Source of the DNA: Arcobacteraceae bacterium
GTDB taxonomy: Bacteria > Campylobacterota > Campylobacteria > Campylobacterales > Arcobacteraceae
Assembly: GCA_965224485.1 (NCBI GenBank)
Contig: CBDCZH010000016.1
Span: 224,001 to 288,000, forward strand
Direction: 5' to 3'
Length of the DNA: 64,000 nt
Below, piece by piece: positions 40,575 to 50,575 of the stretch. The notes below the pieces were generated by a model. It worked only from the letters and a program-made list of their open reading frames with translations. It had not been told where the DNA came from and searched no databases. The position numbers and the translations under genes were made by a program. The stretch's first letter is position 1. The number at the start of each line of letters is the position of its first letter.

Positions 40575-40612
40575 TATAATTCTATGAAAATTTAATTACA
40601 AAATAGTTACAT
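40575..40612 (+). promoter_or_regulatory. pit promoter: -10 TATAAT and downstream Pho-box-like 11-bp repeat
   Basis: TATAAT at 40575-40580; TTACA at 40596 and 40607. Confidence 0.45.
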
Positions 40613-40623
40613 AAAGGTTTACT

Positions 40624-42204
40624 TTGGATTTTAAAACAATTGAGAAATTTGATCAAGCAGCTGAGCGTACATTACCTGGTTTTGCAAAGCTGTCTTTAGC
40701 ACTATTATTTATGGTTCTAGTTTTTTTATGGTCATACAATTCTTATGGAGATATTCCTAATAATACTTTTTTAATAATAGGGGCAGTATTTGGAGCTTAT
40801 ATGGCTATGAATATTGGTGCTAATGATGTTGCTAATAATGTAGGGCCTGCTGTTGGTTCTAAAGCTATGACTATGATGTGGGCAATTATAATAGCCGCAC
40901 TCTTTGAAGCCTTAGGTGCTTTTGTTGCAGGTGGAGATGTTGTTGAAACAATAAAAAAAGGTATTATAGATCCAGCTTTAATAGCAGATCCTCAAATCTT
41001 TATCTGGCTTATGATTTCTGCTTTATTATCAGCTGCCTTGTGGCTTAATTTTGCAACTTCAATAGGAGCACCTGTTTCTACAACTCACTCAATTGTAGGT
41101 GGAGTTATGGGTGCAGGTGTTGCAGCAGCTGGTTTTGCAATTGTTGATTGGAATACAATGGCAAAAATTGCTTCTTCTTGGATTATATCTCCTGTTTTAG
41201 GAGGAATTGTAGCTGCCTCCTTTTTATATTTTATAAAAAGAAAAATAATTTACCAAAAAGATATGATAGCCGCCTCAAAAGTTTTTGTTCCAATTCTAAT
41301 ATCTTTGATGACTTGGGCTTTTTCTACATATTTGATTGTAAAAGGTTTAAAAAGAGTTATTAGAGTTGATTTTATTACTGCTTTAGGGCTAGGTCTATTC
41401 ATTGCAATTATTGTTTATTTCTTAGTTAAACCTCTTGTATGTAAAGCTTCTTTAAAGATTGAAAATACTAGATTAGGTATTAATTCATTATTTACTATTC
41501 CTTTAATTTTTGCAGCTGCTATGTTATCTTTTGCACATGGGGCAAATGATGTAGCAAATGCAATTGGACCCTTGGCTGCTATTAGTGATGCTGTGATGAG
41601 TTCTGGAATTTCTACAAGTGTTGGTATTCCTTTTTGGGTAATGGCAATTGGAGCTTTAGGTATTGCTGTTGGACTTGCTTTATATGGTCCTAAGCTAATT
41701 AAAACAGTTGGTTCAGAAATTACAGACTTAGATCAAATTAGAGCCTTCTCTATAGCTATGGCTGCTGCTCTTACTGTTATTATTGCTTCTCAACTAGGAC
41801 TTCCAGTTTCTTCAACTCATATTGCTGTTGGTGGAGTTTTTGGTGTTGGTTTTTTAAGAGAGTATTTAGATTCATCTGAAAGTAAGTTCATTTCAGAAAT
41901 GAGAAAAAGATTTAAAAAAGATAAAAGAATACTTGATAAATATGAACTCGAATTATTAGAAGTAGAAGGTATTGAGAAAAAATCAAAAGCTGATTATAAA
42001 AAGATTGTAGAATTATATAATTTAATTGAAACTAAACAAGAGTTAGTAAAAGAAGATAAGAAAAACTTTAAATCTGCAAAAAGAATTAAATATGTAAAAA
42101 GAGATGCAGTTAAAAAGATTATTGCTGCTTGGATTATTACTGTTCCTGCTGCTTCATTATTATCTGCTAGTATCTTTTTTATGATAAAAGGTATTATGTC
42201 TTAG
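40624..42204 (+). CDS. pit: Inorganic phosphate transporter (PiT family)
   Basis: Two GANDVAN signatures, PVSTTH and PVSSTH, charged helical insert near the C-terminus. Confidence 0.94.
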   Translation: MDFKTIEKFDQAAERTLPGFAKLSLALLFMVLVFLWSYNSYGDIPNNTFLIIGAVFGAYMAMNIGANDVANNVGPAVGSKAMTMMWAIIIAALFEALGAFVAGGDVVETIKKGIIDPALIADPQIFIWLMISALLSAALWLNFATSIGAPVSTTHSIVGGVMGAGVAAAGFAIVDWNTMAKIASSWIISPVLGGIVAASFLYFIKRKIIYQKDMIAASKVFVPILISLMTWAFSTYLIVKGLKRVIRVDFITALGLGLFIAIIVYFLVKPLVCKASLKIENTRLGINSLFTIPLIFAAAMLSFAHGANDVANAIGPLAAISDAVMSSGISTSVGIPFWVMAIGALGIAVGLALYGPKLIKTVGSEITDLDQIRAFSIAMAAALTVIIASQLGLPVSSTHIAVGGVFGVGFLREYLDSSESKFISEMRKRFKKDKRILDKYELELLEVEGIEKKSKADYKKIVELYNLIETKQELVKEDKKNFKSAKRIKYVKRDAVKKIIAAWIITVPAASLLSASIFFMIKGIMS

Positions 42205-42221
42205 CTTATATAATTACTTTT

Positions 42222-42252
42222 GCATAAGCAGGCTCTTAAAGCCCACTTATGC
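42222..42252 (+). terminator. Hairpin after pit
   Basis: gcataag..ggc/gcc..cttatgc. Confidence 0.45.
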
Positions 42253-42280
42253 TAGTATTCCTTTTTTATAAAGGACTACA

Positions 42281-43195
42281 ATCGAAGCTTTAATTTCTGT
42301 TGCTACTGTTTACCTTTTTATTGTTATTGGTTTTTTCTTAAAATTGACATTTAAAGATGAGATAAATGAAAGAAGTTTTGTTCTTCTCAATTTATATTTT
42401 TTACAACCAATTTTGATCTTTTGGGGACTTACTAGAGCTCCTTTAACTTTTGATATTCTATTATCACCTTTGATATATTATTTAGTGATTTTTCTAACTT
42501 TATTTATAGCTTTTTTATATGCAAAAGTATTTATAAAAGACAAAATAGATAAATCAATCTTTTTAGCCTCATCTTTAGTTGGAAATACTGGTAATTTAGG
42601 TATTCCTTTAGGAATAGCATTTTTTGGTTTAGCTTCTGTTCCATATACTTCTATTTTAAATATTGCAAATATCTTTTATATTTATATTTTTTCTGTATTT
42701 TTCTTTGCAGGTGAAAAATTTTCCCTAAAATCTTCCATGAAAAATATTTTTAAAATACCAGCTATCTGGTTTACTATTGCTGCTTTATTATTTAATTATT
42801 TTGGTTTTACTTTAAACGAAAACTTTGATAAAGTTTTTACTATGGGTGCTTATAGTGCTATTGTAATGCAATTAATAGTTTTTGGTATTTTTATAAGCAA
42901 GGTTAAGATTAAAACAGCAAATTATAAACTATCTTTTAATATTGTTTTATTTAAACATTTTATTCTTCCTTTTATAGCTCTTGTAATAATTTATTTTTTT
43001 AAACTGCCAATGTTTTTAGGAGTAATTTTATTTTTGGAATGTATGGTTCCTTTGGCTGTAAACAATGTAAATCTAGCTTCTTTGTATAATTGTAAACCTG
43101 TTGATGTAACTTTTAGTATTATAGTTTCTACTTTAGTTTTTACTATTTTAGTTTATTTTTATACCTTAATTATAAATAACTATTTTGGATTTTAA
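42281..43195 (+). CDS. AEC (auxin efflux carrier/malate permease) family transporter; true start probably the ATC at 42281
   Basis: GNTGNLGIPLG motif and about 10 TM segments. The frame is open from 42272 and adds a first TM helix (IEALISVATVYLFIVIGFFLK) behind an AAGGA RBS. Confidence 0.88.
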   Translation: MEALISVATVYLFIVIGFFLKLTFKDEINERSFVLLNLYFLQPILIFWGLTRAPLTFDILLSPLIYYLVIFLTLFIAFLYAKVFIKDKIDKSIFLASSLVGNTGNLGIPLGIAFFGLASVPYTSILNIANIFYIYIFSVFFFAGEKFSLKSSMKNIFKIPAIWFTIAALLFNYFGFTLNENFDKVFTMGAYSAIVMQLIVFGIFISKVKIKTANYKLSFNIVLFKHFILPFIALVIIYFFKLPMFLGVILFLECMVPLAVNNVNLASLYNCKPVDVTFSIIVSTLVFTILVYFYTLIINNYFGF

Positions 43196-44973
43196 ATGTG
43201 TGGAATATTAGGTAGTAACTTTTCTTCCAATAATTTTGAAAAAGCCTTAGATAATTTACAAAATAGGGGTCCTGATTTTAGTAAAACTGTTAAAATAAAT
43301 AATAATAGTTTTGGACATACAAGACTTAGTATTATTGACTTAGATAATGAAGCTAACCAGCCTATGGTTTATGATGATCTTTTAATTGTTTTTAATGGTG
43401 AAATTTATAACTATAAAGAACTTACAAAAGATGAAAACTTAGAGTGCAAAACTCTTAGTGATACCGAAGTAATTATAAGACTTTATCAAAAATATGAGAA
43501 AGATTTTTTAAATAAACTCGAAGGTATGTTCTCTTTTTGTCTTTATGATATGAAAAAAAATAGATTTTTTTGCGCACGTGATAGATTTGGTAAAAAACCA
43601 TTTTTTTACTATTTAAAAGATAATAAGTTTATTTTTTCTTCTTCTTTAAACTCAATTATTACTATTTTAGGATTTACTCCTACTTTAAATAAAGTTGCAC
43701 TTTCAAAGTATATGCAGTATTTTGTCTCTTTTGGAGAAGATAGTTTTTATAAAGATATTAAAAAACTTGAAGCTTCTTCTTATTTGATCTATGAAAATTC
43801 AAATCTTTTTATCAAAAAATATTATAAAATAAATACCTATAAAAAAATAAAAGATGAAAAAACTGCACTTAAAGATATAGAAGAGTTATTATTTTCTTCA
43901 GTTTCAAAAAGAATTGAAGCTGATGTTGAAGTAGGGTGTTTATTAAGTGGAGGAATTGATAGTTCTTTATTATGCGCTTTATATACTAAAATATCTGGTA
44001 AAAAAATTAACACTTTTTCTGTTGGTTATGAGGGTTATGATAATTATTGTGAATTAAAATATGCAAAAATAGCTTCTGATGCAATTTCTTCTAATCATCA
44101 TGCTTTAAAAATAAATCAAAAAGATTTTATTTCTAATCTAGACTTTGCATTAGATGCATTAGAAGAACCTCATGGGGATTCGGCTGCTATTCCTTTGTAT
44201 TGTTTAACAAAAAAGATACATAAAAGTGGAATTAAAACTGTTTTAAGTGGAGAAGGAAGTGATGAATTATTTTTGGGATATGATAATTATGCTAAGTTTT
44301 TACGTTATTATGAATTTCAAGACTCTCTACAAGATGGGCAAAATAATTTTTGAATTCTATTATTTCTGCCTTGCAAAATAATACAAAAGAGAGTGAGTAT
44401 TTAAGAAGAATAGTTAAAAAACAGAACTTATATAACAGTTTTGGTGAGATTTATACAGATATTCAAAAGAAAAGACTTTTTAAAAAAGTACCGTCTTTTA
44501 AAGCAGAAAAAGCAAAAAAAGATCCAGTTGATTGGATGAGTTATATTGATCTAAAAATTTGGTTAGGTGAGTCTTTATTAAGTAAGGTTGATAGAATTTC
44601 TATGAGTAATTCTTTAGAAGTAAGAACACCTTTTTTAGATTCAGCTCTTGTTTCTTATGTGTTTTCTATTGATTCAAAAATCAAAATAGGTAATACAAAC
44701 AAGTATTTACTTAAAAAAATTGCAGGTAAATATATACCTGATGTTATTATAAATAGAGTAAAAAAAGGTTTTAATTCACCTTATAATGAGTGGATGTTTA
44801 AAGAATATAAGGACAGTATTCTATTTTTAATTTTAGAAGTTAATAGGGAAACTGATTTATTTAATGAAGTTTATATTAAACATATTTATAATCTTGCAAA
44901 AGAAGGAAAATTCAAACAACACCTTTGGTCTTTGTTTGTTTTTTCAAAATGGTACAAAAAAACCTATTTATAA
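43196..44973 (+). pseudogene. asnB: Asparagine synthase (glutamine-hydrolysing) family amidotransferase, split by a -1 frameshift (probably sequencing error)
   Basis: MCGI, RGPD, NGEIYN, LSGGIDSS, SGEGSDELF in the first ORF; KVDRISMSNSLEVRTPFLD in the second. They join if T5 at 44347-44351 is T6. Confidence 0.87.
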
Positions 44974-45050
44974 GTTTTTTACTAGTAAAATAATTTATCT
45001 ATTTACTAAATCTTAAAACATAAGCAAAAATTGCTTAAATAAGGAAAACA

Positions 45051-45353
45051 ATGACAGTTTTACTACCTCTTGATAGTACAAATAGATATGAATCTAGATT
45101 ATGCTCAATTGAAGAGAATAAAACCTGGGCTTTAGTGACATTAGAAGATGGACAAATATCTTCTTGTGTTTTTTATTCTAGGCGTGAAGATATACTTGAT
45201 TGTATTGAAAGCATTGTTGTTATAAATGAACAAGAGTATATTTGGCCTTTTATGGAAGAAGGTATTATTGTTTTAATTGCACCTGTTCAAAGAAGTATTG
45301 ATGAAATTATTGAAGCTTTTTTATTTAAAGAGTTACATGATTTATCTATTTAG
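45051..45353 (+). CDS. Hypothetical protein, possibly NifX/NifB-like fold
   Basis: 100 aa with AAGGA RBS; the fold guess comes from the pattern VLLP...GI.V...IDEII. Confidence 0.7.
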   Translation: MTVLLPLDSTNRYESRLCSIEENKTWALVTLEDGQISSCVFYSRREDILDCIESIVVINEQEYIWPFMEEGIIVLIAPVQRSIDEIIEAFLFKELHDLSI

Positions 45354-45383
45354 TTATATATCTTATTTTATAAAAGGACAAAA

Positions 45384-46505
45384 ATGAAGAAATTTTTAAT
45401 TATATTGTTTATAAGTACTCTTATGTTTACAGGATGTACTGAAGAAAAAAGTAAGAAAATTCTTAAGACTCAAGAAGCTAAAGAAGTTAAAAACGTTAAA
45501 GATGAAAAAACCTATCATCTTAAATTAGCAACAACTTGGGGACCTACTTTAAGTCCTTTAATTGATACTCCTAAAAACATGGCAAAAATGGTTGAACTTA
45601 TGTCAAATGGAAGATTAATAATAAGAGTTGATTCTTCAAATAAACATAAATCACCCTTAGGTATTTTTGATATGGTAAAAGCAGGGCAGTATGATATTGG
45701 GCATAGTGCTTCTTATTATTGGAAAGGTAAAGATTTAGCAACACTGCCTTTTACTTCTATGCCTTTTGGTTTAACTGCTCCTGAACAGTATGCTTGGTTT
45801 TATTATGCAGGTGGTTTAGAATTAATGCAAAAAGTTTATTCTAAACATGGTATGTTGTCTTTTCCAGGAGGTAGCACTGGTGTACAAATGGGTGGTTGGT
45901 TTAGAACTGAAATTCTTACTCTTGATGATTTAAAAGGTCTTAAGATGAGAATACCAGGTTTTGCAGGTGAAATTATGGCAAAACTTGGAGTTCAAGTTAC
46001 AAATATTGCTCCTGGTGAATTATATACAGCTTTAGATAGAAATAATATTGACGCTTTAGAGTGGGTAGGGCCATCAATGGATATAAAGATGGGTTTCCAT
46101 AAGATTGCACCATATTATTACTCTGGATGGCATGAGCCTGCTTCTGAGATGCAATATATGATAAATAAAAAAGCTTATAATAAATTACCAAAAGATTTAC
46201 AAGAAATTCTAAGAGTTGCTATTAGATTATCTGCTTATGATATGTATGCTCAAAATTATGATATGAATGCAAAAGCTTGGTATAAAATGAAAAAAGAAAT
46301 TCCTACTATTAAGCTAAGAACTTTTCCAAAAGAAATAATGACTGCTATGAAGAAAGCAAATAAGGAATTAAGAGATGAACTATCTTTAAAATCACCCTTA
46401 TTAAAAGAAGTATTGGCTTCACAAGACGCATATATGAAAAAAGTAAGACTTTGGACACAAATGAGTGATTATTTGTACTTAAAAGATAATTTAATAGAAG
46501 AATAG
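45384..46505 (+). CDS. dctP: Second TRAP substrate-binding lipoprotein (paralog of 28445-29545), stand-alone
   Basis: MFTGC lipobox, WGPTLSP, YYWKGK, GLKMRIPG, GWHEP. Confidence 0.93.
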   Translation: MKKFLIILFISTLMFTGCTEEKSKKILKTQEAKEVKNVKDEKTYHLKLATTWGPTLSPLIDTPKNMAKMVELMSNGRLIIRVDSSNKHKSPLGIFDMVKAGQYDIGHSASYYWKGKDLATLPFTSMPFGLTAPEQYAWFYYAGGLELMQKVYSKHGMLSFPGGSTGVQMGGWFRTEILTLDDLKGLKMRIPGFAGEIMAKLGVQVTNIAPGELYTALDRNNIDALEWVGPSMDIKMGFHKIAPYYYSGWHEPASEMQYMINKKAYNKLPKDLQEILRVAIRLSAYDMYAQNYDMNAKAWYKMKKEIPTIKLRTFPKEIMTAMKKANKELRDELSLKSPLLKEVLASQDAYMKKVRLWTQMSDYLYLKDNLIEE

Positions 46506-46511
46506 ATATAT

Positions 46512-46546
46512 TTTCTTTTCATTTATAGTATATAAATGAAAAGAAA
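46512..46546. terminator. Bidirectional terminator-like hairpin
   Basis: 16-bp perfect inverted repeat tttcttttcatttata/tataaatgaaaagaaa. Confidence 0.65.
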
Positions 46547-46559
46547 TTCTAAATTTATT

Positions 46560-47300
46560 TTAAAAATTAGGATTAAATCCTGAGTCAAAGTCATTTTGAA
46601 AACTAGAAAAATCTTGCACATTTGGATCTTTATATCCAGCTTGAACTGCTTTTATTCTTAATTTTAATATATCATTTTTTGAGTCTATTAATTGTGGACA
46701 AACCATAGTACAGTTTCCACATAAGGTACAATCCCAAATACCATTTTCTTGTATGCTTTCTAACTTTAAACTTGTATTATTTTCTTTTTTATCATTAACA
46801 TAACGTAAAACTCTACTAAGGGCAAAAGGTCCTAAAAAATCACTATTTACTGTATATACTGGGCAAGCGCTATAGCAGTTTTGACACAATATACATTTGC
46901 TTAAAGTATCAATTTTTTCTTCATCTTTTTTTAAAATAAGATCTTTTTTATACTCTTGTAAAAATGCTTTTGATCTTTTTAATACAATTTTCTGATTTTT
47001 TAGATTTATTACTAAATCTTTTATAAGTGAGAAGTTATTTAAAGGTGAAATTTCATCATTTGCTTTAACTTTGTGCTTACAAGCTAAGGTTTCAACTCCA
47101 TTTACTATTAGTGAACAAGAACCACATACGCCACTTCTACATCCTGATCTATATGTTAAGCTTGCATCTGTATTTTCTTTGATTTGATCTAATGTTTCTA
47201 AAAGATTTTGTCTATTTTTAATTTCTATTTTGTAGTCTTGTGTATAAAATTTTTCTTTTAAGTCTATATTAAAACGATGTATTTTGATACTTGTTTTCAT
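46560..47300 (-). CDS. Succinate dehydrogenase/fumarate reductase-type iron-sulfur subunit
   Basis: CRSGVCGSC...LAC, CILCQNCYSACP, CTLCGNCTMVCP. Confidence 0.9.
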   Translation of the reverse strand: MKTSIKIHRFNIDLKEKFYTQDYKIEIKNRQNLLETLDQIKENTDASLTYRSGCRSGVCGSCSLIVNGVETLACKHKVKANDEISPLNNFSLIKDLVINLKNQKIVLKRSKAFLQEYKKDLILKKDEEKIDTLSKCILCQNCYSACPVYTVNSDFLGPFALSRVLRYVNDKKENNTSLKLESIQENGIWDCTLCGNCTMVCPQLIDSKNDILKLRIKAVQAGYKDPNVQDFSSFQNDFDSGFNPNF

Positions 47301-48907
47301 TATATTATATCCTCAAAATAAAACAATAATTTTTCATTTTTAAGTGTACAAATTGAGTTTTTTTCAAAAGAATCATCTACTTTTTTATAATCCTCTCTAT
47401 AATGAGCTCCTCTGCTTTCACATCTATTTAAAGATGATGTAGAAACTATAAATGCTAAGTCTAATAAATTTTTAAACTCTAAGAACTCTTGTAAGTTTTT
47501 ATTATAAACCCTTTGTTTATCATCTATTCCCATTAAATTCATATTTTTTGTAATTATATTAATTTCTTTTTGTGCTTTCTTCATATCTTTTTCATTTTTA
47601 ACTAAGCCAAAATTTTCAAAAAACAACTTTCCTAAGAATGTTTTACTTTTATAAAAATTAAGTTCATTTTTTCGTAAAAAAATATTTTCTATATATTTTT
47701 TATCTTCAATAAATACTAAAGAATTTTCATCTTTTGTAGAATATTTTACATCTAAACTTCTTATAGAAGCTTCTTTCCCTACAATTCTACCAAAAGTTAT
47801 AAGTTCTAATAAGGAGTTTCCTCCTATTCTATTTGCCCCATGAAGACCATTTTGAGCACATTCCCCAACAGCAAAAAGATTTTGTACATTAGTGTGACCT
47901 TTTATATTAGTTTTGATTCCTCCCATACTATAGTGCGCGGCTGGATTAATACTTATTAGTTCTTCTTCTATTTTTATTCCTAAAAAATTATATGCTAAAG
48001 TTCTTTCTTGCGGTAGAAGCTCTTTTATCTTTTCTAATCCTAAGTGTCTTAAATCTAAGTATACTTCTTCATTATTTTTAGTTTTTTCATTAATTGCACG
48101 AGATACTATATCTCTTGCTTGTAATTCATCTACAAAACGCTTTTTATTTTTATCAAGTAAGTAGCCACCTTCTGCTCTAGCACTTTCAGATATAAGTATA
48201 TTATTATCTTTCATAGCAGTTGGATGAAACTGTATATATTCCATATTAGAGAGTTCTGCTCCTGCATTTAACGCTGCTATATGAGCATCACCAGTTGTTT
48301 GATTTGAATTTGTAGTGTATTTATTGTATAAATTACAGTAACCACCAGTGGCTAGTATAATTGTTTTAGCAAATATCTCTTTTATTATAGTTTTTTCTAT
48401 GTCTAAAACAGTAATTCCAATGGCTTTTTTATTCTTAATAATGATATTTAATAGCATATGCTCATTTAAGTATGGGATATCTTGTTTTAGGGTTTCATCA
48501 TATAAAGTATGTAAAATTTTTAAACCTGTATAATCAGAACTATAACAAGTTCTACTTTGAGAACTTGCTCCAAACATTCTTTGTTTTATATTTCCTTTTT
48601 CATCTCTTGAAAAAGGAACACCTAATTTATCCAAATAATCTATACTTTCTTTTGCATTTTTACATGCTGTTTTGATAACTAAGTTTGAACCGAGTTTATG
48701 GGCTGATTTTTTTGTATCATTTATGTGCAATAAAATAGATTCTTCATTTTCATCTAAAACAGCATTAATTCCACCTTGTGCTTGTACACTTTGAGAATGT
48801 GTAGAATAAGTTTTAGAAACAATTAAAACTTTTTTATTTTGCTCTTTTGCTAAAAGAGCAGCACATAAACCAGCTCCGCCTGAACCTACAACTAAAACGT
48901 CAAGCAT
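47300..48907 (-). CDS. Succinate dehydrogenase/fumarate reductase-type flavoprotein
   Basis: GSGGAG, AQGG, QFHPT, ARDIVSR, HYSMGG, LHGANRIGGNSL, ESRGAH. Confidence 0.9.
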   Translation of the reverse strand: MLDVLVVGSGGAGLCAALLAKEQNKKVLIVSKTYSTHSQSVQAQGGINAVLDENEESILLHINDTKKSAHKLGSNLVIKTACKNAKESIDYLDKLGVPFSRDEKGNIKQRMFGASSQSRTCYSSDYTGLKILHTLYDETLKQDIPYLNEHMLLNIIIKNKKAIGITVLDIEKTIIKEIFAKTIILATGGYCNLYNKYTTNSNQTTGDAHIAALNAGAELSNMEYIQFHPTAMKDNNILISESARAEGGYLLDKNKKRFVDELQARDIVSRAINEKTKNNEEVYLDLRHLGLEKIKELLPQERTLAYNFLGIKIEEELISINPAAHYSMGGIKTNIKGHTNVQNLFAVGECAQNGLHGANRIGGNSLLELITFGRIVGKEASIRSLDVKYSTKDENSLVFIEDKKYIENIFLRKNELNFYKSKTFLGKLFFENFGLVKNEKDMKKAQKEINIITKNMNLMGIDDKQRVYNKNLQEFLEFKNLLDLAFIVSTSSLNRCESRGAHYREDYKKVDDSFEKNSICTLKNEKLLFYFEDII

Positions 48908-48908
48908 T

Positions 48909-49481
48909 TTAGTCCCAAAATTCTTTTAACTTTTGTCTAATAGTTCCATTTCTTATATCTTGATCTTTATTATCATCTTTTCCCATACTTGCTAATACTT
49001 CTTTTAAAGCATCTTGATTGCTAGCAAGTGATTTTCTTCTAATTTCTTTATTTGGTAGTTCCTGCATATCTTCTCCTAAAAGCTTTTCTTCGTCATTTAG
49101 TAAATCATTTGCATTAAAATCGCTTATTTGCTCTATCTCTAGAAGTTCATTAGAAATTATTAGTTTTCCGTTCTTTTTTGTTATTATTTCTTCTGTTTTT
49201 ACTATTTTTATCTTTTTTTCTTCTATTTTTGGGGCTTGTATTTTTTTTCTAGGAATTATTGTTTTTTCCAATAATGTTTTTGTTCCTTTCATTCTAAGAT
49301 ACTCATCCATTATGATTTCATAAGTTTCAAAATTAAGTAACATAAAACTAGGTTTTCCATCTCTTAAAATAATTGCTTTTTCAATTTCTTTATTATTTAG
49401 TTTTTCGTAAATTGATTTACTCTTTCTAATAAGTTCAGTTGAAGAAAACATTTCTTTCGATGTATATTGCAATAAACTCAT
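48909..49481 (-). CDS. Hypothetical protein with Phd/YefM-like N-terminal domain and acidic tail
   Basis: Start MSLLQY at 49481 after AAGGA; SSTELIRKSK...AIILRDGKPSFMLLNFETYE pattern. Confidence 0.7.
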   Translation of the reverse strand: MSLLQYTSKEMFSSTELIRKSKSIYEKLNNKEIEKAIILRDGKPSFMLLNFETYEIIMDEYLRMKGTKTLLEKTIIPRKKIQAPKIEEKKIKIVKTEEIITKKNGKLIISNELLEIEQISDFNANDLLNDEEKLLGEDMQELPNKEIRRKSLASNQDALKEVLASMGKDDNKDQDIRNGTIRQKLKEFWD

Positions 49482-49495
49482 TTTAATCCTTTGCG

Positions 49496-50419
49496 TCAAG
49501 ATATGATTGAATATTTTTTTATTATTCCTTGAAGTAATCTTTTTCTTGCTTCAATTGAAGACCATGCAATATGAGGTGTGATTATTAGTCTATCTTTTTC
49601 TTTTATGCATTTTAAAGGATTATACATATCAATTGGTTCTTTTTCTAATACATCTAAAGCACAATAAATTTCTTTTTTATCAATTATTTTTGCTAAATCA
49701 TCTTCATTTATTATTCCACCACGACCAACATTAATTAAAATAGCTTTGTTTTTTAATTTACTTAAATTCTTTTTATTTAATAAGTTTTTCGTCTTTTCGT
49801 TTAATGGTGCATGAATAGAAATTACATCTGAATTTTTTAATAAATCATTTAGTTCTTTTCTATCGTATTGTGTATTGTAGTTTGCATTAGAAGTTGAATA
49901 ATAACTCACATTACAAGAAAAAGCTTTTGCAATACCAGCAACTTTTAATCCAATACTACCTAGACCAATAATTCCCCAATTTTTACCTTCTAATTCATTA
50001 AAAGGTTTATCTAAATGCGTGAAAATTGGTGATTTTTCCCATTTTCCATCTTTTACATAAGTAGTGTAATATGATGTTTTTTGTATTAGCTCTAAAGCAA
50101 GAGCTAGAGTCAGTTGTGCCACTGATGCAGTTGAATAACCAGCTACATTCATTACAGGAAGATTAATCTCTTTTGCATAGTCTAGGTCAATATTATTTGT
50201 TCCTGTTGCTGCTATACAAATTAGTTTAAGATTTGATTTTTTCATTGTATCTTTAGTAATTAGAACTTTATTAGTAATAACAATATCAGCATCACAAACT
50301 CTTTGTGCGACATTATCTTCGTTTGAATGTTCGTAAGTCACTACTTCACCAAATTTATTAAACTCTTCAAGTGACATATCATTACCAAGTGTCAGTTTGT
50401 CTAAAAATACGATTTTCAT
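49496..50419 (-). CDS. D-2-hydroxyacid dehydrogenase (glycerate/hydroxypyruvate reductase-like); last codons probably frameshifted
   Basis: ATGTNNID, GIIGLGSIG, INVGRG, LDVLEKEP, TPHIAW. Confidence 0.93.
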   Translation of the reverse strand: MKIVFLDKLTLGNDMSLEEFNKFGEVVTYEHSNEDNVAQRVCDADIVITNKVLITKDTMKKSNLKLICIAATGTNNIDLDYAKEINLPVMNVAGYSTASVAQLTLALALELIQKTSYYTTYVKDGKWEKSPIFTHLDKPFNELEGKNWGIIGLGSIGLKVAGIAKAFSCNVSYYSTSNANYNTQYDRKELNDLLKNSDVISIHAPLNEKTKNLLNKKNLSKLKNKAILINVGRGGIINEDDLAKIIDKKEIYCALDVLEKEPIDMYNPLKCIKEKDRLIITPHIAWSSIEARKRLLQGIIKKYSIIS

Positions 50420-50514
50420 TACATCTTCCTTTGTGTATTATTATACGCATAATATAACAAAAACTTAATAAAAATAATATTAATCTAAAAAATATTTTCT
50501 ATGAAATTTACAAA

Positions 50515-50550
50515 AAAAAAGAGCTTTTTAATTAAAAAAAGCTCTTTTTT
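50515..50550 (-). terminator. Terminator after PIN-PhoH
   Basis: aaaaaagagcttttt/aaaaagctctttttt inverted repeat with A/T tails. Confidence 0.7.
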
Positions 50551-50575
50551 TTGTTTTTAAATCTAGACAAATGAA

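Noticed and set aside
44347..44353. TGA in asnB as selenocysteine or readthrough
   Set aside because: The downstream half is in a different frame, so an indel, not readthrough, is required
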